DNA from: Anaerovoracaceae bacterium
Lineage (GTDB): Bacteria > Bacillota > Clostridia > Peptostreptococcales > Anaerovoracaceae
DNA length: 64,000 nucleotides
Direction: 5' to 3'
NCBI GenBank assembly: GCA_031553035.1
Contig: JAVBLY010000008.1
Location: 134,858 to 198,857 of the forward strand
A program made the position numbers and the translations under genes. Under the pieces are notes generated by a model that saw nothing but the letters and a program-made list of their open reading frames with translations, ran no database searches and had not been told where the DNA came from. Below, piece by piece: positions 26,911 through 37,536 of the stretch (positions within the stretch are counted from its first letter, which is position 1; every line of letters starts with the position of its first letter).

Positions 26911-27612
26911 ATGAATAATATCCCAAAGCATGTTGCCATAATTATGGACGGTAACGGGAGATGGGCGAAAGAACACGGAGTTTCAAGGCTTTCCGGGCAT
27001 GATGCTGGGATGAAAGCCATGAAGGAGATCGTTAAAAGATCCTCTACTTTAGGCGTTGAGCATCTGACAGTATATGCTTTTTCAACTGAAAACTGGAAAA
27101 GAAGTGAAGAGGAAGTAGGCGGTATTTTCAATCTTCTCATTATATATGTTGATCGTGAACTGAAAGAACTTAACGATAATAATGTTAAGGTGAATATTGT
27201 TGGAGACAGAGAGGCTTTATCAGATAAAGTAAATAAGAGCATAGATAAAGCGCTTAGCAGAACAAAGAACAACGATGGGTTAAAATTCAACATAGCACTG
27301 AATTACGGAAGCCGGGCAGAGATCATACATGCCGTAAAGAAGGTTGGACAAGACATCAAAGATAATGATTTAAATCCGGAAAATATTGATGAATATATGA
27401 TAGATAGTAATCTGCTGACGGCCGGTACCCCTGATCCCGACGTAATAATCAGGACAAGCGGCGAGATGAGACTTTCAAATTTTCTGTTGTGGCAGGCGGC
27501 TTACAGTGAATTCGTCTTTACTGATGTTCTCTGGCCGGATTATTCACCGGAGGAATTCGAGAAATCCATCATAGAATATCAGAGCAGAAAGAGAAGATTC
27601 GGAGGAAGATAA
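26911..27612 (+). CDS. uppS: isoprenyl transferase (undecaprenyl-diphosphate synthase)
   Basis: HVAIIMDGNGRWA, AFSTENWKR, and RTSGEMRLSNFLLWQ. An alternative upstream ATG lies at 26884. Confidence 0.9.
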   Translation: MNNIPKHVAIIMDGNGRWAKEHGVSRLSGHDAGMKAMKEIVKRSSTLGVEHLTVYAFSTENWKRSEEEVGGIFNLLIIYVDRELKELNDNNVKVNIVGDREALSDKVNKSIDKALSRTKNNDGLKFNIALNYGSRAEIIHAVKKVGQDIKDNDLNPENIDEYMIDSNLLTAGTPDPDVIIRTSGEMRLSNFLLWQAAYSEFVFTDVLWPDYSPEEFEKSIIEYQSRKRRFGGR

Positions 27613-27614
27613 GC

Positions 27615-28412
27615 ATGAAAACAAGAGTATTATCAGGACTTATTATGTTGCCGCTTTTGGTGATAGTATATTTTGGAGGACCATTTCTGGTCATCGCTGC
27701 ATTCATTATCGGCATGATCGGGATCAGAGAATTCTACAGCGCATTCGAAACAGTTAAGATCAAAGGTTCATACGCCGTAGCAAATATCAGTCTATTGCTT
27801 CTATACGGGATCGACCTTTTCTTCAGGCAGTTTCCAGAGTTGTTCATGTTTTGGCTTGCAGTTGTCGTCATTATGGGTTTTCTCTATATGTTCAACATAG
27901 AAAAGAGGAAGCTGAATGACGGATTTATAACCATCGTAGGGATCGTGTATGTGGTCTTTTTCTCATTTCATGTGGTGCTTATCGATCAGACAGGCGATTA
28001 TTCAATACTCATTTGGCTCGTGTTTATTACGGCATTCGGTACTGATATATTCGCATATTTCACAGGATTTCTAATCGGCAGACATAAATTATGTCCCCAT
28101 ATCAGTCCCAAAAAAACAGTTGAGGGCGCTGTCGGAGGAGTCGTCGGAAGTGTCGTATTAAGCGGTGTGTTCGGATACTTCGTCTGCAATGAATTATTTG
28201 TTTACTGCATAATTATAGGGATCATAGGAAGTATAATGTCACAGCTTGGCGACCTTTCTGCGTCAATAATCAAACGAAAGCTCAAGATAAAGGATTACGG
28301 GAATCTCATTCCCGGCCACGGCGGTATACTGGACAGATTCGATAGTGTACTTTTCACTGCGCCTACAGTCTATTACAGCATCATGATCATCAGCTTGATC
28401 GGAGTGCTCTAG
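27615..28412 (+). CDS. cdsA: phosphatidate cytidylyltransferase
   Basis: Polytopic membrane protein. SIIKRKLKIKDYGNLIPGHGGILDRFDS is the CDS signature. Confidence 0.9.
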   Translation: MKTRVLSGLIMLPLLVIVYFGGPFLVIAAFIIGMIGIREFYSAFETVKIKGSYAVANISLLLLYGIDLFFRQFPELFMFWLAVVVIMGFLYMFNIEKRKLNDGFITIVGIVYVVFFSFHVVLIDQTGDYSILIWLVFITAFGTDIFAYFTGFLIGRHKLCPHISPKKTVEGAVGGVVGSVVLSGVFGYFVCNELFVYCIIIGIIGSIMSQLGDLSASIIKRKLKIKDYGNLIPGHGGILDRFDSVLFTAPTVYYSIMIISLIGVL

Positions 28413-28424
28413 ATCGGAGAAAAA

Positions 28425-29564
28425 ATGCGAAAAATTGCGCTGCTTGGGTCCACCGGCTCCATTGGTACTCAGGCGCTGAATATAATAAAGAACAACAGTA
28501 GATCATTAAAAGCAGAACTTTTATCATGTCACAGTCGTTTAGATCTGATATCTGACCAGCTTAAAGAATTCAAACCAAAATATGCAGTATTGCCCAATAA
28601 TGAGGATGCAAGGAAATTAGCAGCTGAACACGGGTCAGTTAGATTTTTCTATGGAGATGAAGGACTTGCCGAGGCTGCGAAAAAATGCGAATACGATTTT
28701 ATGCTCAATTCACTTCTGGGAATTTCGGGATTCGTTCCCACTTATAATTGCCTTGATTCAGGCAGGAGCGTAGCTCTGGCCAATAAAGAAACTTTGGTGG
28801 CAGGCGGGAAGATAATAACAGATCTTGCTACGGAGAACAATCTGGATATCATACCGGTGGATAGCGAGCACAGCGCTATTTTTCAATGTCTTAACGGAAC
28901 AACAAACAAGATCAAAAAGATAAGTTTGACCGCATCCGGTGGAGCATTCAGAGGGAAAACCAGAAAAGAACTTAAAGATGTAACGAGAGATGATGCTCTG
29001 AAGCATCCAAACTGGTCGATGGGAGCAAAGATCACAATCGATTCCGCCACACTCATGAATAAAGGATTTGAAGTCGTCGAAGCAAAGTGGCTGTTTGGCC
29101 TTGAACCGGATCAGATAGAAGTCCTGCTTCATCCCGAGAGCATAATACATTCCATGGTTGAATTCGAAGATAATTCCACTTTGGCCCAGCTGGGACAGCC
29201 TGATATGGAAATACCCATATCATATGCATTTTCCTGTCCCGGCAGGTGGGAGACTACGGCACAGCCCATCGATCTTATCAAAACGGGGTCACTTAATTTT
29301 TCTGTGGCCGATACCGAAACATTCAAGTGCCTGAGACTGGCAACGGATGCCATGAAAATGGGGGGAAGTTATACCGTGGCCTTAAACGCAGCAAATGAAG
29401 TGCTGGTGGAGCTGTTTCTTGAAAAGAAAATCAATTTTCTCCAAATCGGTGACACTGTGGAAAAGATTCTGGATAAACACACATCAAGAGAGCTGAAAAC
29501 TGCTGAAGAAGTTCTGGAAACGGACAAAAAAGTGAGAGAAGAGACTCTCAAAATGTTAAAATAG
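28425..29564 (+). CDS. dxr: 1-deoxy-D-xylulose-5-phosphate reductoisomerase
   Basis: IALLGSTGSIGTQAL, LANKETLV, PVDSEHSAIFQC, and HPNWSMG. Confidence 0.95.
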   Translation: MRKIALLGSTGSIGTQALNIIKNNSRSLKAELLSCHSRLDLISDQLKEFKPKYAVLPNNEDARKLAAEHGSVRFFYGDEGLAEAAKKCEYDFMLNSLLGISGFVPTYNCLDSGRSVALANKETLVAGGKIITDLATENNLDIIPVDSEHSAIFQCLNGTTNKIKKISLTASGGAFRGKTRKELKDVTRDDALKHPNWSMGAKITIDSATLMNKGFEVVEAKWLFGLEPDQIEVLLHPESIIHSMVEFEDNSTLAQLGQPDMEIPISYAFSCPGRWETTAQPIDLIKTGSLNFSVADTETFKCLRLATDAMKMGGSYTVALNAANEVLVELFLEKKINFLQIGDTVEKILDKHTSRELKTAEEVLETDKKVREETLKMLK

Positions 29565-29591
29565 AACAAAACAAGGAAAAGAGGGGAAGAA

Positions 29592-30602
29592 TTGACAATA
29601 GTTTATGCAATAATCATATTTTGCGTTCTCATTACCGCCCATGAGCTTGGACATCTGATGGCTGCGAAGGCAGTAGGCATAAAGGTTAATGAGTTTGCAA
29701 TCGGTATGGGACCCAAAATATTCAGTTTTAAAAGAGGCGAAACTGCCTATTCAATAAGGCTGCTTCCTATCGGCGGATTCTGCGCCATGGAAGGTGAAGA
29801 TGAGGATTCAGAGGATCCCAGAGCCTTCAACAATAAGAATTTTAAGCAAAAAGCCCTAGTGGTGACAGCCGGATCAATAATGAATGCTATTCTGTGTATC
29901 CTGATACTTTCCTGCGTCGTGTTCTCCGTTGGGGAACCTACGACTACGCTAAAGGCGGTATCGAAAGAAGGACCGGCAGCGGAAGCAGGAATAAAATCAG
30001 GTGACACGATTACAGCAATCGACGGCGAGAAAGTAGAAACCTGGGAAGATGTTGGAGCTGCCATTGACAGAGCTAAAGACAAAACCGTTGAAGTTACGGT
30101 TAAGCATGAGGATGGATCCGAGGAGACCATAACAACAGCAACTTATACAGACGAAGCCGGCGATCCCAAGATCGGGGTGGAGACAAAGATGGAAAGAACT
30201 CCCGGGATTGTTTTCACATCTGTCAAAAGAGGGGTCATGGCAACAGGGTCCATGGCAAAGATGATGTATGAAACAGTTGGAAATCTGCTGACAGGCGGTG
30301 CGTCGGTAAATGATCTTACCGGGCCTGTGGGGATAGTAAAAGCTGTTGGGGATTCTGCCAAAACCGGTTTTATCAGTGTTGCTTATCTGACAGCCCTCAT
30401 AAGCCTCAATCTGGCTATCATAAATATGCTGCCGTTTCCCGCTCTTGACGGCGGTAGACTGCTTTTTCTCATTATCAGAAAGTTTACCGGAAAGAAAATA
30501 TCGGACAATGTTGAGGGAAAGATCCATTTTGTGGGTATAATGCTCTTGTTCGCACTGATGATATATATAACGGTAATTGATGTAAACAGGTTTATATTAT
30601 GA
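29592..30602 (+). CDS. rseP: RIP (site-2) zinc metalloprotease RseP/RasP family
   Basis: HELGH at the N-terminus, a central PDZ-like segment, and NLLPFPALDGG-type (NMLPFPALDGG). TTG start. Confidence 0.85.
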   Translation: MTIVYAIIIFCVLITAHELGHLMAAKAVGIKVNEFAIGMGPKIFSFKRGETAYSIRLLPIGGFCAMEGEDEDSEDPRAFNNKNFKQKALVVTAGSIMNAILCILILSCVVFSVGEPTTTLKAVSKEGPAAEAGIKSGDTITAIDGEKVETWEDVGAAIDRAKDKTVEVTVKHEDGSEETITTATYTDEAGDPKIGVETKMERTPGIVFTSVKRGVMATGSMAKMMYETVGNLLTGGASVNDLTGPVGIVKAVGDSAKTGFISVAYLTALISLNLAIINMLPFPALDGGRLLFLIIRKFTGKKISDNVEGKIHFVGIMLLFALMIYITVIDVNRFIL

Positions 30603-31675
30603 AGATAACAAGGCAGGTAAAGATCGGTAACGTGTTTGTCGGCGGTGGTGCGACCGTGTCCATCCAGTCCATGACCAATACTAAGACGTCTGATATTGAA
30701 AATACCATCGTACAGATAAAGCAGTTGGCGGCGGCAGGCTGTCAGATAGTAAGGTGTGCTGTTCCCGACATGGAATCGGCCAGATCGCTTGCAGAAATTA
30801 AAGCAAATGTCAATATTCCCGTAGTTGCGGATATACATTACGATTACAAACTTGCCCTTGCCGCGATCGAAAGCGGCGTAGACAAGATCCGGATAAATCC
30901 CGGGAATATCGGTGACAGATCTGGGGTCAGCGAAATCGTCAAAGCAGCTAAGAAAGCTGAAATTCCAATGAGGATCGGAATCAACGGCGGTTCTCTTGAG
31001 AAGGACATACTTGAAAAATACAAAGGAGTAACACCTGTAGCCCTTGTGGAAAGCGCGCTTAGAAATATAGCGTTGGTTGAAAGTTTTGATTTTCACAATA
31101 TAGTCGTATCCATAAAGACATCTGATGTGAAGATGAATTTCGATGCTCACAAAATTCTATCTGACAGAACTGATTATCCCCTTCATATCGGCATAACAGA
31201 GGCCGGAATAGGACAAAGATCTGTTGTCAAATCGGCAGTCGGAATAGGATCGCTGCTTCTAAACGGAATAGGTGATACCATAAGGGTATCTCTAACCGGA
31301 GATCCTGTGAACGAAGTAATTGCTGGAAAGGATATACTATCCGTCATCGGCTTTAAGCAGGGCAGCATCGATATTATTTCCTGTCCCACTTGCGGAAGAA
31401 CTGAAGTTGATTTGGAAGGCATAGCCCAAAAAGTTTCTGGTGAACTCAGGATACTGGAGGCCGAAAGAATCAGCGAAGAAATGGATCCAATAACTGTTGC
31501 AGTCATGGGGTGCTCCGTGAACGGCCCCGGCGAAGCGAGAGGTGCTGATTTCGGCGTTGCCTGCGGAAAAGATCGGGGCGTCATTTTCAAAAAAGGTGAA
31601 ATCATTAAGACAGTATATGAGAAAGATATAGTCAAGGAGCTCATTGACGTTATCAAAGATCATGGGATATACTGA
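30599..31675 (+). CDS. ispG: 4-hydroxy-3-methylbut-2-enyl-diphosphate synthase
   Basis: VQSMTNT, RINPGNIG, and CPTCGRT plus GCSVNGPGE (Fe-S cysteines). Confidence 0.95.
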   Translation: MKITRQVKIGNVFVGGGATVSIQSMTNTKTSDIENTIVQIKQLAAAGCQIVRCAVPDMESARSLAEIKANVNIPVVADIHYDYKLALAAIESGVDKIRINPGNIGDRSGVSEIVKAAKKAEIPMRIGINGGSLEKDILEKYKGVTPVALVESALRNIALVESFDFHNIVVSIKTSDVKMNFDAHKILSDRTDYPLHIGITEAGIGQRSVVKSAVGIGSLLLNGIGDTIRVSLTGDPVNEVIAGKDILSVIGFKQGSIDIISCPTCGRTEVDLEGIAQKVSGELRILEAERISEEMDPITVAVMGCSVNGPGEARGADFGVACGKDRGVIFKKGEIIKTVYEKDIVKELIDVIKDHGIY

Positions 31676-31697
31676 TCCACAGGAGAACAGCAAGCAA

Positions 31698-32138
31698 ATG
31701 AATCGTGCACTAAAATTAATAAATAAAGACAACGATATAAAAGGTTTTATATTGCTTGAACTTATAATAGTTCTGCTCATAATAGTGATACTTCTTGCTA
31801 TCCTCATTCCCCTCGTGACCCAGAACATAGATGATGCAAAGGAAAGTGCCGAATTGTCGGAGGCTAGAGCAGTCAAAGTCGCAATGCAGACAATAATCAA
31901 TGAAGACTATATGGATGATGATTTGGACGAATTCATCGTATTGGTGGACCATGAAAACTATGGGCTTTCCAAAGAAGGTAAAAAGGAAGTAGAGAGACTC
32001 CTCAATTTGGATGTTGGGAAGGCCGATAACATAAATGTGGATGATAATCATATCCTTCGAAGCTTTTCATATTTTACCGTAAACGGCTCAAAGATCAATT
32101 ACGAAGGGGACAAATACACTACCGAATATATCTACTAA
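31698..32138 (+). CDS. prepilin-type N-terminal cleavage/methylation-domain protein (type IV pilin or pseudopilin-like)
   Basis: MNRALKLINKDNDIKG/FILLELIIVLLIIVILLAILIPLV has Gly, then Phe at +1 and Glu at +5, then a hydrophobic helix. AGGAGA RBS. 146 aa. Confidence 0.7.
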   Translation: MNRALKLINKDNDIKGFILLELIIVLLIIVILLAILIPLVTQNIDDAKESAELSEARAVKVAMQTIINEDYMDDDLDEFIVLVDHENYGLSKEGKKEVERLLNLDVGKADNINVDDNHILRSFSYFTVNGSKINYEGDKYTTEYIY

Positions 32139-32142
32139 CCCC

Positions 32143-32171
32143 TTGCATTTCAGCGGTTTCTGTGGTAGTAT
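32143..32171 (+). promoter_or_regulatory. candidate sigma-A promoter of the rimP-nusA-infB operon
   Basis: TTGCAT (32143-32148), a 17-nt spacer, then TGgTAGTAT (extended -10). Confidence 0.5.
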
Positions 32172-32196
32172 AAAGTCACATAAGATGATACTAGAG

Positions 32197-32225
32197 AAGA
32201 GTGGGCTGTCCCACTCTTTCGTTTT
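32197..32225 (+). terminator. terminator-like hairpin in the rimP/nusA leader (candidate attenuator)
   Basis: AAGAGTGGG ctgt CCCACTCTT (9-bp stem) followed by TCGTTTT. Lies between the promoter and the rimP ATG. Confidence 0.5.
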
Positions 32226-32250
32226 GAGAAGACAATTCAGAGAGGGAATT

Positions 32251-32745
32251 ATGTCAAACACGAATATTGGAAAAGCAGTGAAGGAGGATATTTCGGATTT
32301 TCTGGACAAAAACGGGCTTGAACTTTACAACATTGAATTCGTGAAGGAAGGCAAGGACAGATTTCTGAAAATATACATAGATCACAAGTGGGTGCCCGGA
32401 ATGAATGCAGACAGTATGCCGGGAATAAGCACCTACGAGTGTGAGAATGTGAGCAGGTACATAAGCGAGATTCTTGACAGCAAAGATTATATAAAAGGAG
32501 CATACGTGCTGGAGGTTTCTTCGCCGGGAATGGACAGGCCGCTCATAAAAGATGAACATTATGCGAGATACGCAGGTAAAGATGTGGAGATATCTCTTTA
32601 CAAGGCGATAGACGGAAGAAAAAAAATTTCCGGTAAGCTTGGGAAACTGGATAACGGAATACTGGAAGTTACAACAGAAGCGGGAATACCGCTGAATCTT
32701 CCAATAAAAAGTATAGCAAAGACAAAACTGAAAGTCGTTTTTTAA
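32251..32745 (+). CDS. rimP: ribosome maturation factor RimP
   Basis: LELYNIEFVKEGKDRFLKIYID...LEVSSPGMDRPL. Precedes nusA. Confidence 0.9.
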   Translation: MSNTNIGKAVKEDISDFLDKNGLELYNIEFVKEGKDRFLKIYIDHKWVPGMNADSMPGISTYECENVSRYISEILDSKDYIKGAYVLEVSSPGMDRPLIKDEHYARYAGKDVEISLYKAIDGRKKISGKLGKLDNGILEVTTEAGIPLNLPIKSIAKTKLKVVF

Positions 32746-32763
32746 TAAAGGAGGAAATAATTA

Positions 32764-34005
32764 ATGAATAAGGAGTTCATACAAGCCCTTGAGGACTTGG
32801 AGAGAGATAAGGGAATATCAAAACAGCTTTTACTGGAATCTATAGAAGTCGCGCTTCTTGCAGCATACAAGAAGAACAAGGGGACTACTCAGAATGTCCA
32901 TATCGAAATCGATGAACAAACAGGAAATATTGAGATAACATACAGAAAAACCGTAGTTGAAGAGGTAGAAGATCCTGAAAGCGAAATAGCACTTGAAGAA
33001 GTCCTTCAGTATGATCCGGATTATGTGGTCGGTGACGTGGTGGAATATCCCGAACCTATCGAGAATTTCGGACGTATCGCTGCGCAGACTGCTAAACAGG
33101 TCGTGGTTCAGAGATTAAGAGAAGCTGAAAGAGGTATGATATTCGATGAATACACAGGTCGTCAGAGTGAGATCATAAATGGAACGATACAGAGAGTCAG
33201 CAATGACACCGTCTTTGTAAACCTTGGGAAAACAGAAGGTATCCTTGCCAGACCGGAACAGGTCAGAGGCGAAAGATATGTGGTCAACAACCGTATGAAG
33301 TTTTATATCATGGATGTGAGAAAATCCATGAAGGGTCCTCAGGTTTACCTGTCAAGGTCCCATCCGGGGCTTGTTAAAAGGCTGTTCGAACTTGAGGTTC
33401 CTGAGATACAGGATGGAATCGTTGAAATAAAGAGCCTTGCAAGAGAAGCCGGATCCAGAACGAAAATAGCAGTATCAACAAACGATGAAAGTGTGGATCC
33501 CGTAGGTGCATGTGTTGGAAACAGAGGGATCAGAGTCCAGTCTGTAGTGGACGAACTTTTCGGCGAAAAGATAGACATTATCACATGGAGTGATGAGGAC
33601 GAGGAAAATATAAGCAGTGCCCTTTCTCCGTCCAAGGTTGAAAAGGTTATCCTTGACGAGGATGAAAAATCAGCCATTGCAATCGTTCCCGATTATCAGC
33701 TATCGCTTGCTATCGGCAAGGAAGGGCAGAATGTAAGACTTGCAGCCAAATTATGCGGCTGGAAGATAGATATAAAGAGCCATTCTCAGTTCTACAATGA
33801 AGATGAAGAAGGCGAAGGCGAAGATGAAGACATAGAAGATGTAGAAGATGCCGAAATAGCGGAAGAAACTTCTGATACAGATACAGAAGATGTCGCGGAG
33901 CCTGTAGTAGAAACAAAAGAAGTGGAACCTGAAGAAAAAGAAGAGGAAACTGCTGAAACAGACGCAAAAGAAGAAGAGGCAGAAGAAACAAAAGATGAAG
34001 AATAA
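32764..34005 (+). CDS. nusA: transcription termination/antitermination factor NusA with an acidic tail
   Basis: FIQALEDLERDKGISK, S1 and KH regions (GACVGNRGIRVQSV, AIGKEGQNVRLA). Confidence 0.95.
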   Translation: MNKEFIQALEDLERDKGISKQLLLESIEVALLAAYKKNKGTTQNVHIEIDEQTGNIEITYRKTVVEEVEDPESEIALEEVLQYDPDYVVGDVVEYPEPIENFGRIAAQTAKQVVVQRLREAERGMIFDEYTGRQSEIINGTIQRVSNDTVFVNLGKTEGILARPEQVRGERYVVNNRMKFYIMDVRKSMKGPQVYLSRSHPGLVKRLFELEVPEIQDGIVEIKSLAREAGSRTKIAVSTNDESVDPVGACVGNRGIRVQSVVDELFGEKIDIITWSDEDEENISSALSPSKVEKVILDEDEKSAIAIVPDYQLSLAIGKEGQNVRLAAKLCGWKIDIKSHSQFYNEDEEGEGEDEDIEDVEDAEIAEETSDTDTEDVAEPVVETKEVEPEEKEEETAETDAKEEEAEETKDEE

Positions 34006-34258
34006 AAAAGTCCCGATGAGAACATGTGTCGGCTGCAGAGAATCGAAACCAAAGAAAGAGCTGATCAGAATGGTTAACAGCGATGGTGAAGTTTTGATCG
34101 ACAGAACCGGCAAAGCTAACGGCAGGGGAATTTATCTCTGTGACAGCAAGGAGTGTTTTCAAAAGGCGTTAAAGAAAAAAGCAATCAGCAGAGGTCTTGA
34201 TCTGGCCTTGACCGATGAAAAAATGGATCAACTGTTCAAGGATTTTTTCAATGAGTGA
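33995..34258 (+). CDS. rnpM: YlxR/RnpM-family (DUF448) protein
   Basis: PMRTCVGCRESKPKKELIR...GRGIYLC. Overlaps the nusA stop. Confidence 0.85.
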   Translation: MKNKKVPMRTCVGCRESKPKKELIRMVNSDGEVLIDRTGKANGRGIYLCDSKECFQKALKKKAISRGLDLALTDEKMDQLFKDFFNE

Positions 34259-34282
34259 TCAGGATCAAACAGGAGGAATTGG

Positions 34283-37147
34283 ATGAAAATACATGAATTA
34301 GCAAAAGAAATAGGAATCCCGAGCAAGGATGTAGTGAGTAAGGCCCAGGATATGGGATATGATGTGAAAAGCCACAACAGCAGTCTGAATGATGCGGAAG
34401 TTTCTTCACTGAAAAGCGCACTTGCATCCGGCGAAGCGAAAGGCGAAACCAAAATAGTGAAAGCGGCAGCAAAGAAAAAGGAAGAAAAAGCGGCTACTGA
34501 GCACCAAAAAGATACTGGGCAGCCTGTTGTAGTAAAAGCGGCCAATATCGATCCCACGACTTTGAAAAAATCAAAGCCTGACAAAGCATCTCATACAGAT
34601 AAAACCGCTAAAACTTCTGAACCCAAAATATCTAAAATACCACCGGAACCTGTTCCCGGTGCAAAAAAGACGACCGGTGGAGCACCCATACCAAGAAGGA
34701 TCCCAAAAGAAGAACTTGCTCCAAAGCGGATCCCAAAAGAAGAGGTTGAGAAGGCAAAAGCCGAGGCAGAAACTGAAACACCTGAAACAGCAACACCTGA
34801 ACCAAAACCTGTTAAAAAAGTTGAGCTTAAGGTTGCACATAAAGATAAAGAACCGCTAGTAAGAAAAGAGCCTAAAAAACAGGAGCCTGAAAAAGCAGAA
34901 GAAAATAATAAAGAAAGCATTAAGGATGCAGAAGCTAAATCAGCAGAAAAAACGCTTGATGCTAAGCCTGTTCACGAAAAGAAAAAAGAAGGTCAGAGAA
35001 AATCTGAACATAGTTCAAAACCTTCTCACGGTGCAAAGCCAACACATGGATCAAAACCACACGAAAAAGGTAAAACTGCACCGGATAAAAGCAAGCCTGC
35101 TGCAGATAAGAGTAAATCGGCAACAGAAAAAAGCAAGCCGTCTGACAAGACTAAAAAACCACATAAAGGTAAGAAAGGTCAGCAGGAACACAACAGCGAA
35201 CACGGAGACAGAAACAAGAAAAGGAATCCTCATCAGAGAGGTCGAGGCGGACTGGTCGATGATTTCAGAGGATCATCAAAAAGACCTATCCTGGAGGACA
35301 ATTTATTAGAGAAAAAGTCTGTTAAGGGTAAACCGAGACCGAAAAGACAGGCAGAACCTGAACCAGTTGATGAAATAGTAATTGAAGAACTTGAACCGGG
35401 TACCGTGGTGATAAACGTTCCCATCACAGTGAAAGGGTTTGCGGAACAGATAGACAAAACAACATCGGATATAATAATGACACTTATGAAGATGGGCGTA
35501 ATGTCAAATGTCAATCAGAATATCGATGAGGATACTGTTTTACTTCTCGGTGATGAACTAGGTGTACCTATAGTCATCGGAACAGATGAAGGTGAAGTAA
35601 TTGAAGACGGCCTAGAAACATTTGAGGATGATCCGAAAGATCTTGTTGCCAGACCTCCCATAATCACAGTCATGGGGCACGTGGATCACGGCAAAACTTC
35701 ACTTCTGGACAAAATCAGAGAAACAGATGTTACCAAAGGTGAAGCTGGCGGGATAACCCAACATATAGGTGCGTCAGAAGTAACTGTCAACGGAAAAAGA
35801 ATCGTTTTCCTGGATACTCCGGGTCATGAAGCCTTTACCGCTATGAGAGCCAGAGGTGCACATGTAACGGATATCGCAATACTGGTGGTGGCTGCTGACG
35901 ACAGCGTTAAACCTCAGACTATCGAGTCAATAAGCCATGCTAAAGCTGCAGGTGTTCCCATCATAGTTGCAATAAACAAAATAGACAAACCGGGCGCAGA
36001 TCCGGACAAAGTCAAAAAGGATCTTGCGGACAATAATATACTGGTTGAAGACTGGGGCGGTGATGTTATCAGTGTTCCCGTATCTGCAAAGTCCGGCGAA
36101 GGAATCCAGGATCTTCTGGAGATGATACTGCTGCAGGCAGAAGTTCTGGAGCTCAAAGCAAATCCCAAGAGACTTGCCATGGGTACTGTAATAGAAGCAA
36201 GACTGGACAAGGCAAAAGGTGCTGTTTCTACATTACTGATTCTTAACGGAACTCTGGATGCAGGCATTAGCATCGTAGCAGGTACAACAAGCGGCAGGAT
36301 TAGAGCCATGACCGATTATAAGGGCAAGAAGCTCAAGTCGGCAGGACCGGCAACAGCAGTTGAAGTTCTCGGTCTTGAAGATGTTCCCCAGGCCGGAGAC
36401 AAGTTCAATGCGGTCAAGGAAGACCGTGTTGCCAGAGAAATAGCGGAAAACAGAAGGCTGAAACAAAGAGAAGAGGTAATGACAAAGATGTCAAACACAA
36501 GCCTCGAAAGCCTGTTCAGTCAGATTCAGGACGGTTCAGTCAAGGAACTGAATCTGATCATCAAGGGAGATGTACAGGGATCTGTCGGAGCTCTCGTTAC
36601 ATCACTTGAAAAACTGGAGAATGAAAACGTAAAGATAAAGATCATACATACCGGAGTAGGCACAGTAACCGAGTCGGATGTAATGCTGGCATCAACATCA
36701 GGAGCCATAATCATTGGGTTCAATGTGAGGCCAAGCGTAGCCGTCACTTCGCTTGCTAACAAAGATAGCGTTGAAATCAGGACATACAGGATCATATACG
36801 ATGTGATCAACGATATCGAAGATGCAATGAAAGGTATGCTGGATCCTGAGTTCAGAGAAGTTGTTCTTGGTCAGGTGGAAGTAAGAGAAACTTTCAAAGT
36901 GCCAAATATCGGGACAATCGCAGGAGCATATGTTACAGACGGTGTAGTTCAGCGTAATGCAGAAGTCAGGTTGGTCCGTGACGGAATCGTAATTCATGAA
37001 GGGAAAATTTCTTCTCTTAAGAGATTTAAGGATGACGTCAAAGAAGTGGCTCAGGGCTACGAATGCGGAATCGGAATCGAGGATTACAATGATGTTAAGA
37101 TAGGTGATGTGATCGAAGCCTTTACTATGGAGGAAATCGAACGATGA
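34283..37147 (+). CDS. infB: translation initiation factor IF-2
   Basis: GTPase motifs [18 protein letters not shown] and NKID. The N-terminal ~330 aa is K/P/E-rich and low in complexity. Confidence 0.95.
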   Translation: MKIHELAKEIGIPSKDVVSKAQDMGYDVKSHNSSLNDAEVSSLKSALASGEAKGETKIVKAAAKKKEEKAATEHQKDTGQPVVVKAANIDPTTLKKSKPDKASHTDKTAKTSEPKISKIPPEPVPGAKKTTGGAPIPRRIPKEELAPKRIPKEEVEKAKAEAETETPETATPEPKPVKKVELKVAHKDKEPLVRKEPKKQEPEKAEENNKESIKDAEAKSAEKTLDAKPVHEKKKEGQRKSEHSSKPSHGAKPTHGSKPHEKGKTAPDKSKPAADKSKSATEKSKPSDKTKKPHKGKKGQQEHNSEHGDRNKKRNPHQRGRGGLVDDFRGSSKRPILEDNLLEKKSVKGKPRPKRQAEPEPVDEIVIEELEPGTVVINVPITVKGFAEQIDKTTSDIIMTLMKMGVMSNVNQNIDEDTVLLLGDELGVPIVIGTDEGEVIEDGLETFEDDPKDLVARPPIITVMGHVDHGKTSLLDKIRETDVTKGEAGGITQHIGASEVTVNGKRIVFLDTPGHEAFTAMRARGAHVTDIAILVVAADDSVKPQTIESISHAKAAGVPIIVAINKIDKPGADPDKVKKDLADNNILVEDWGGDVISVPVSAKSGEGIQDLLEMILLQAEVLELKANPKRLAMGTVIEARLDKAKGAVSTLLILNGTLDAGISIVAGTTSGRIRAMTDYKGKKLKSAGPATAVEVLGLEDVPQAGDKFNAVKEDRVAREIAENRRLKQREEVMTKMSNTSLESLFSQIQDGSVKELNLIIKGDVQGSVGALVTSLEKLENENVKIKIIHTGVGTVTESDVMLASTSGAIIIGFNVRPSVAVTSLANKDSVEIRTYRIIYDVINDIEDAMKGMLDPEFREVVLGQVEVRETFKVPNIGTIAGAYVTDGVVQRNAEVRLVRDGIVIHEGKISSLKRFKDDVKEVAQGYECGIGIEDYNDVKIGDVIEAFTMEEIER

Positions 37148-37536
37148 AGAAAAGCTACAGACAAGGTAGGCTTTCCGAAGAAATAAAAAAGATAATAAGT
37201 GACCTTCTGTACAAAGGACTAAAAGATCCAAGGTTGTCCGGCATGGTCAGTATAGCTGAGGTGAGAGCTGCCAGAGATGGTAATTTTGCGACGGTTTATG
37301 TGACCGTCCTGGGAAGTGCCTCGGATGATGATGCAGAAGGAAAGGCACTGGAGCTCAAGGAAAGAACAGACGTGATAGATGCACTGAACAGCGCTAAGGG
37401 GCTGATTCGCAAGGAAATAGGGACTCAGCTAAAGCTCAGGCATACGCCGGATCTGGTTTTTAAAATTGATACCACAGAGGAGTATGGAAGACATATCGAC
37501 AAGTTGATCAATGATTTGAGTAAAGCTGATGAATAA
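37144..37536 (+). CDS. rbfA: ribosome-binding factor A
   Basis: [14 protein letters not shown]...DPRL...VTVLG...LRHTPDLVF. Confidence 0.95.
   Translation: MKKSYRQGRLSEEIKKIISDLLYKGLKDPRLSGMVSIAEVRAARDGNFATVYVTVLGSASDDDAEGKALELKERTDVIDALNSAKGLIRKEIGTQLKLRHTPDLVFKIDTTEEYGRHIDKLINDLSKADE

Noticed and set aside
30383-31150. 255-aa minus-strand ORF
   Set aside because: It is antisense to rseP/ispG and is a shadow ORF of highly conserved genes.
34430-35330. Repetitive K/P/E-rich stretch (RIPKEE.. twice; KSKPxxDKSK repeats) that could have been a DNA tandem repeat or array
   Set aside because: It lies in frame in the variable N-terminal region of IF-2, which is commonly low in complexity. The nucleotide repeats are short and imperfect, with no spacer/repeat periodicity.
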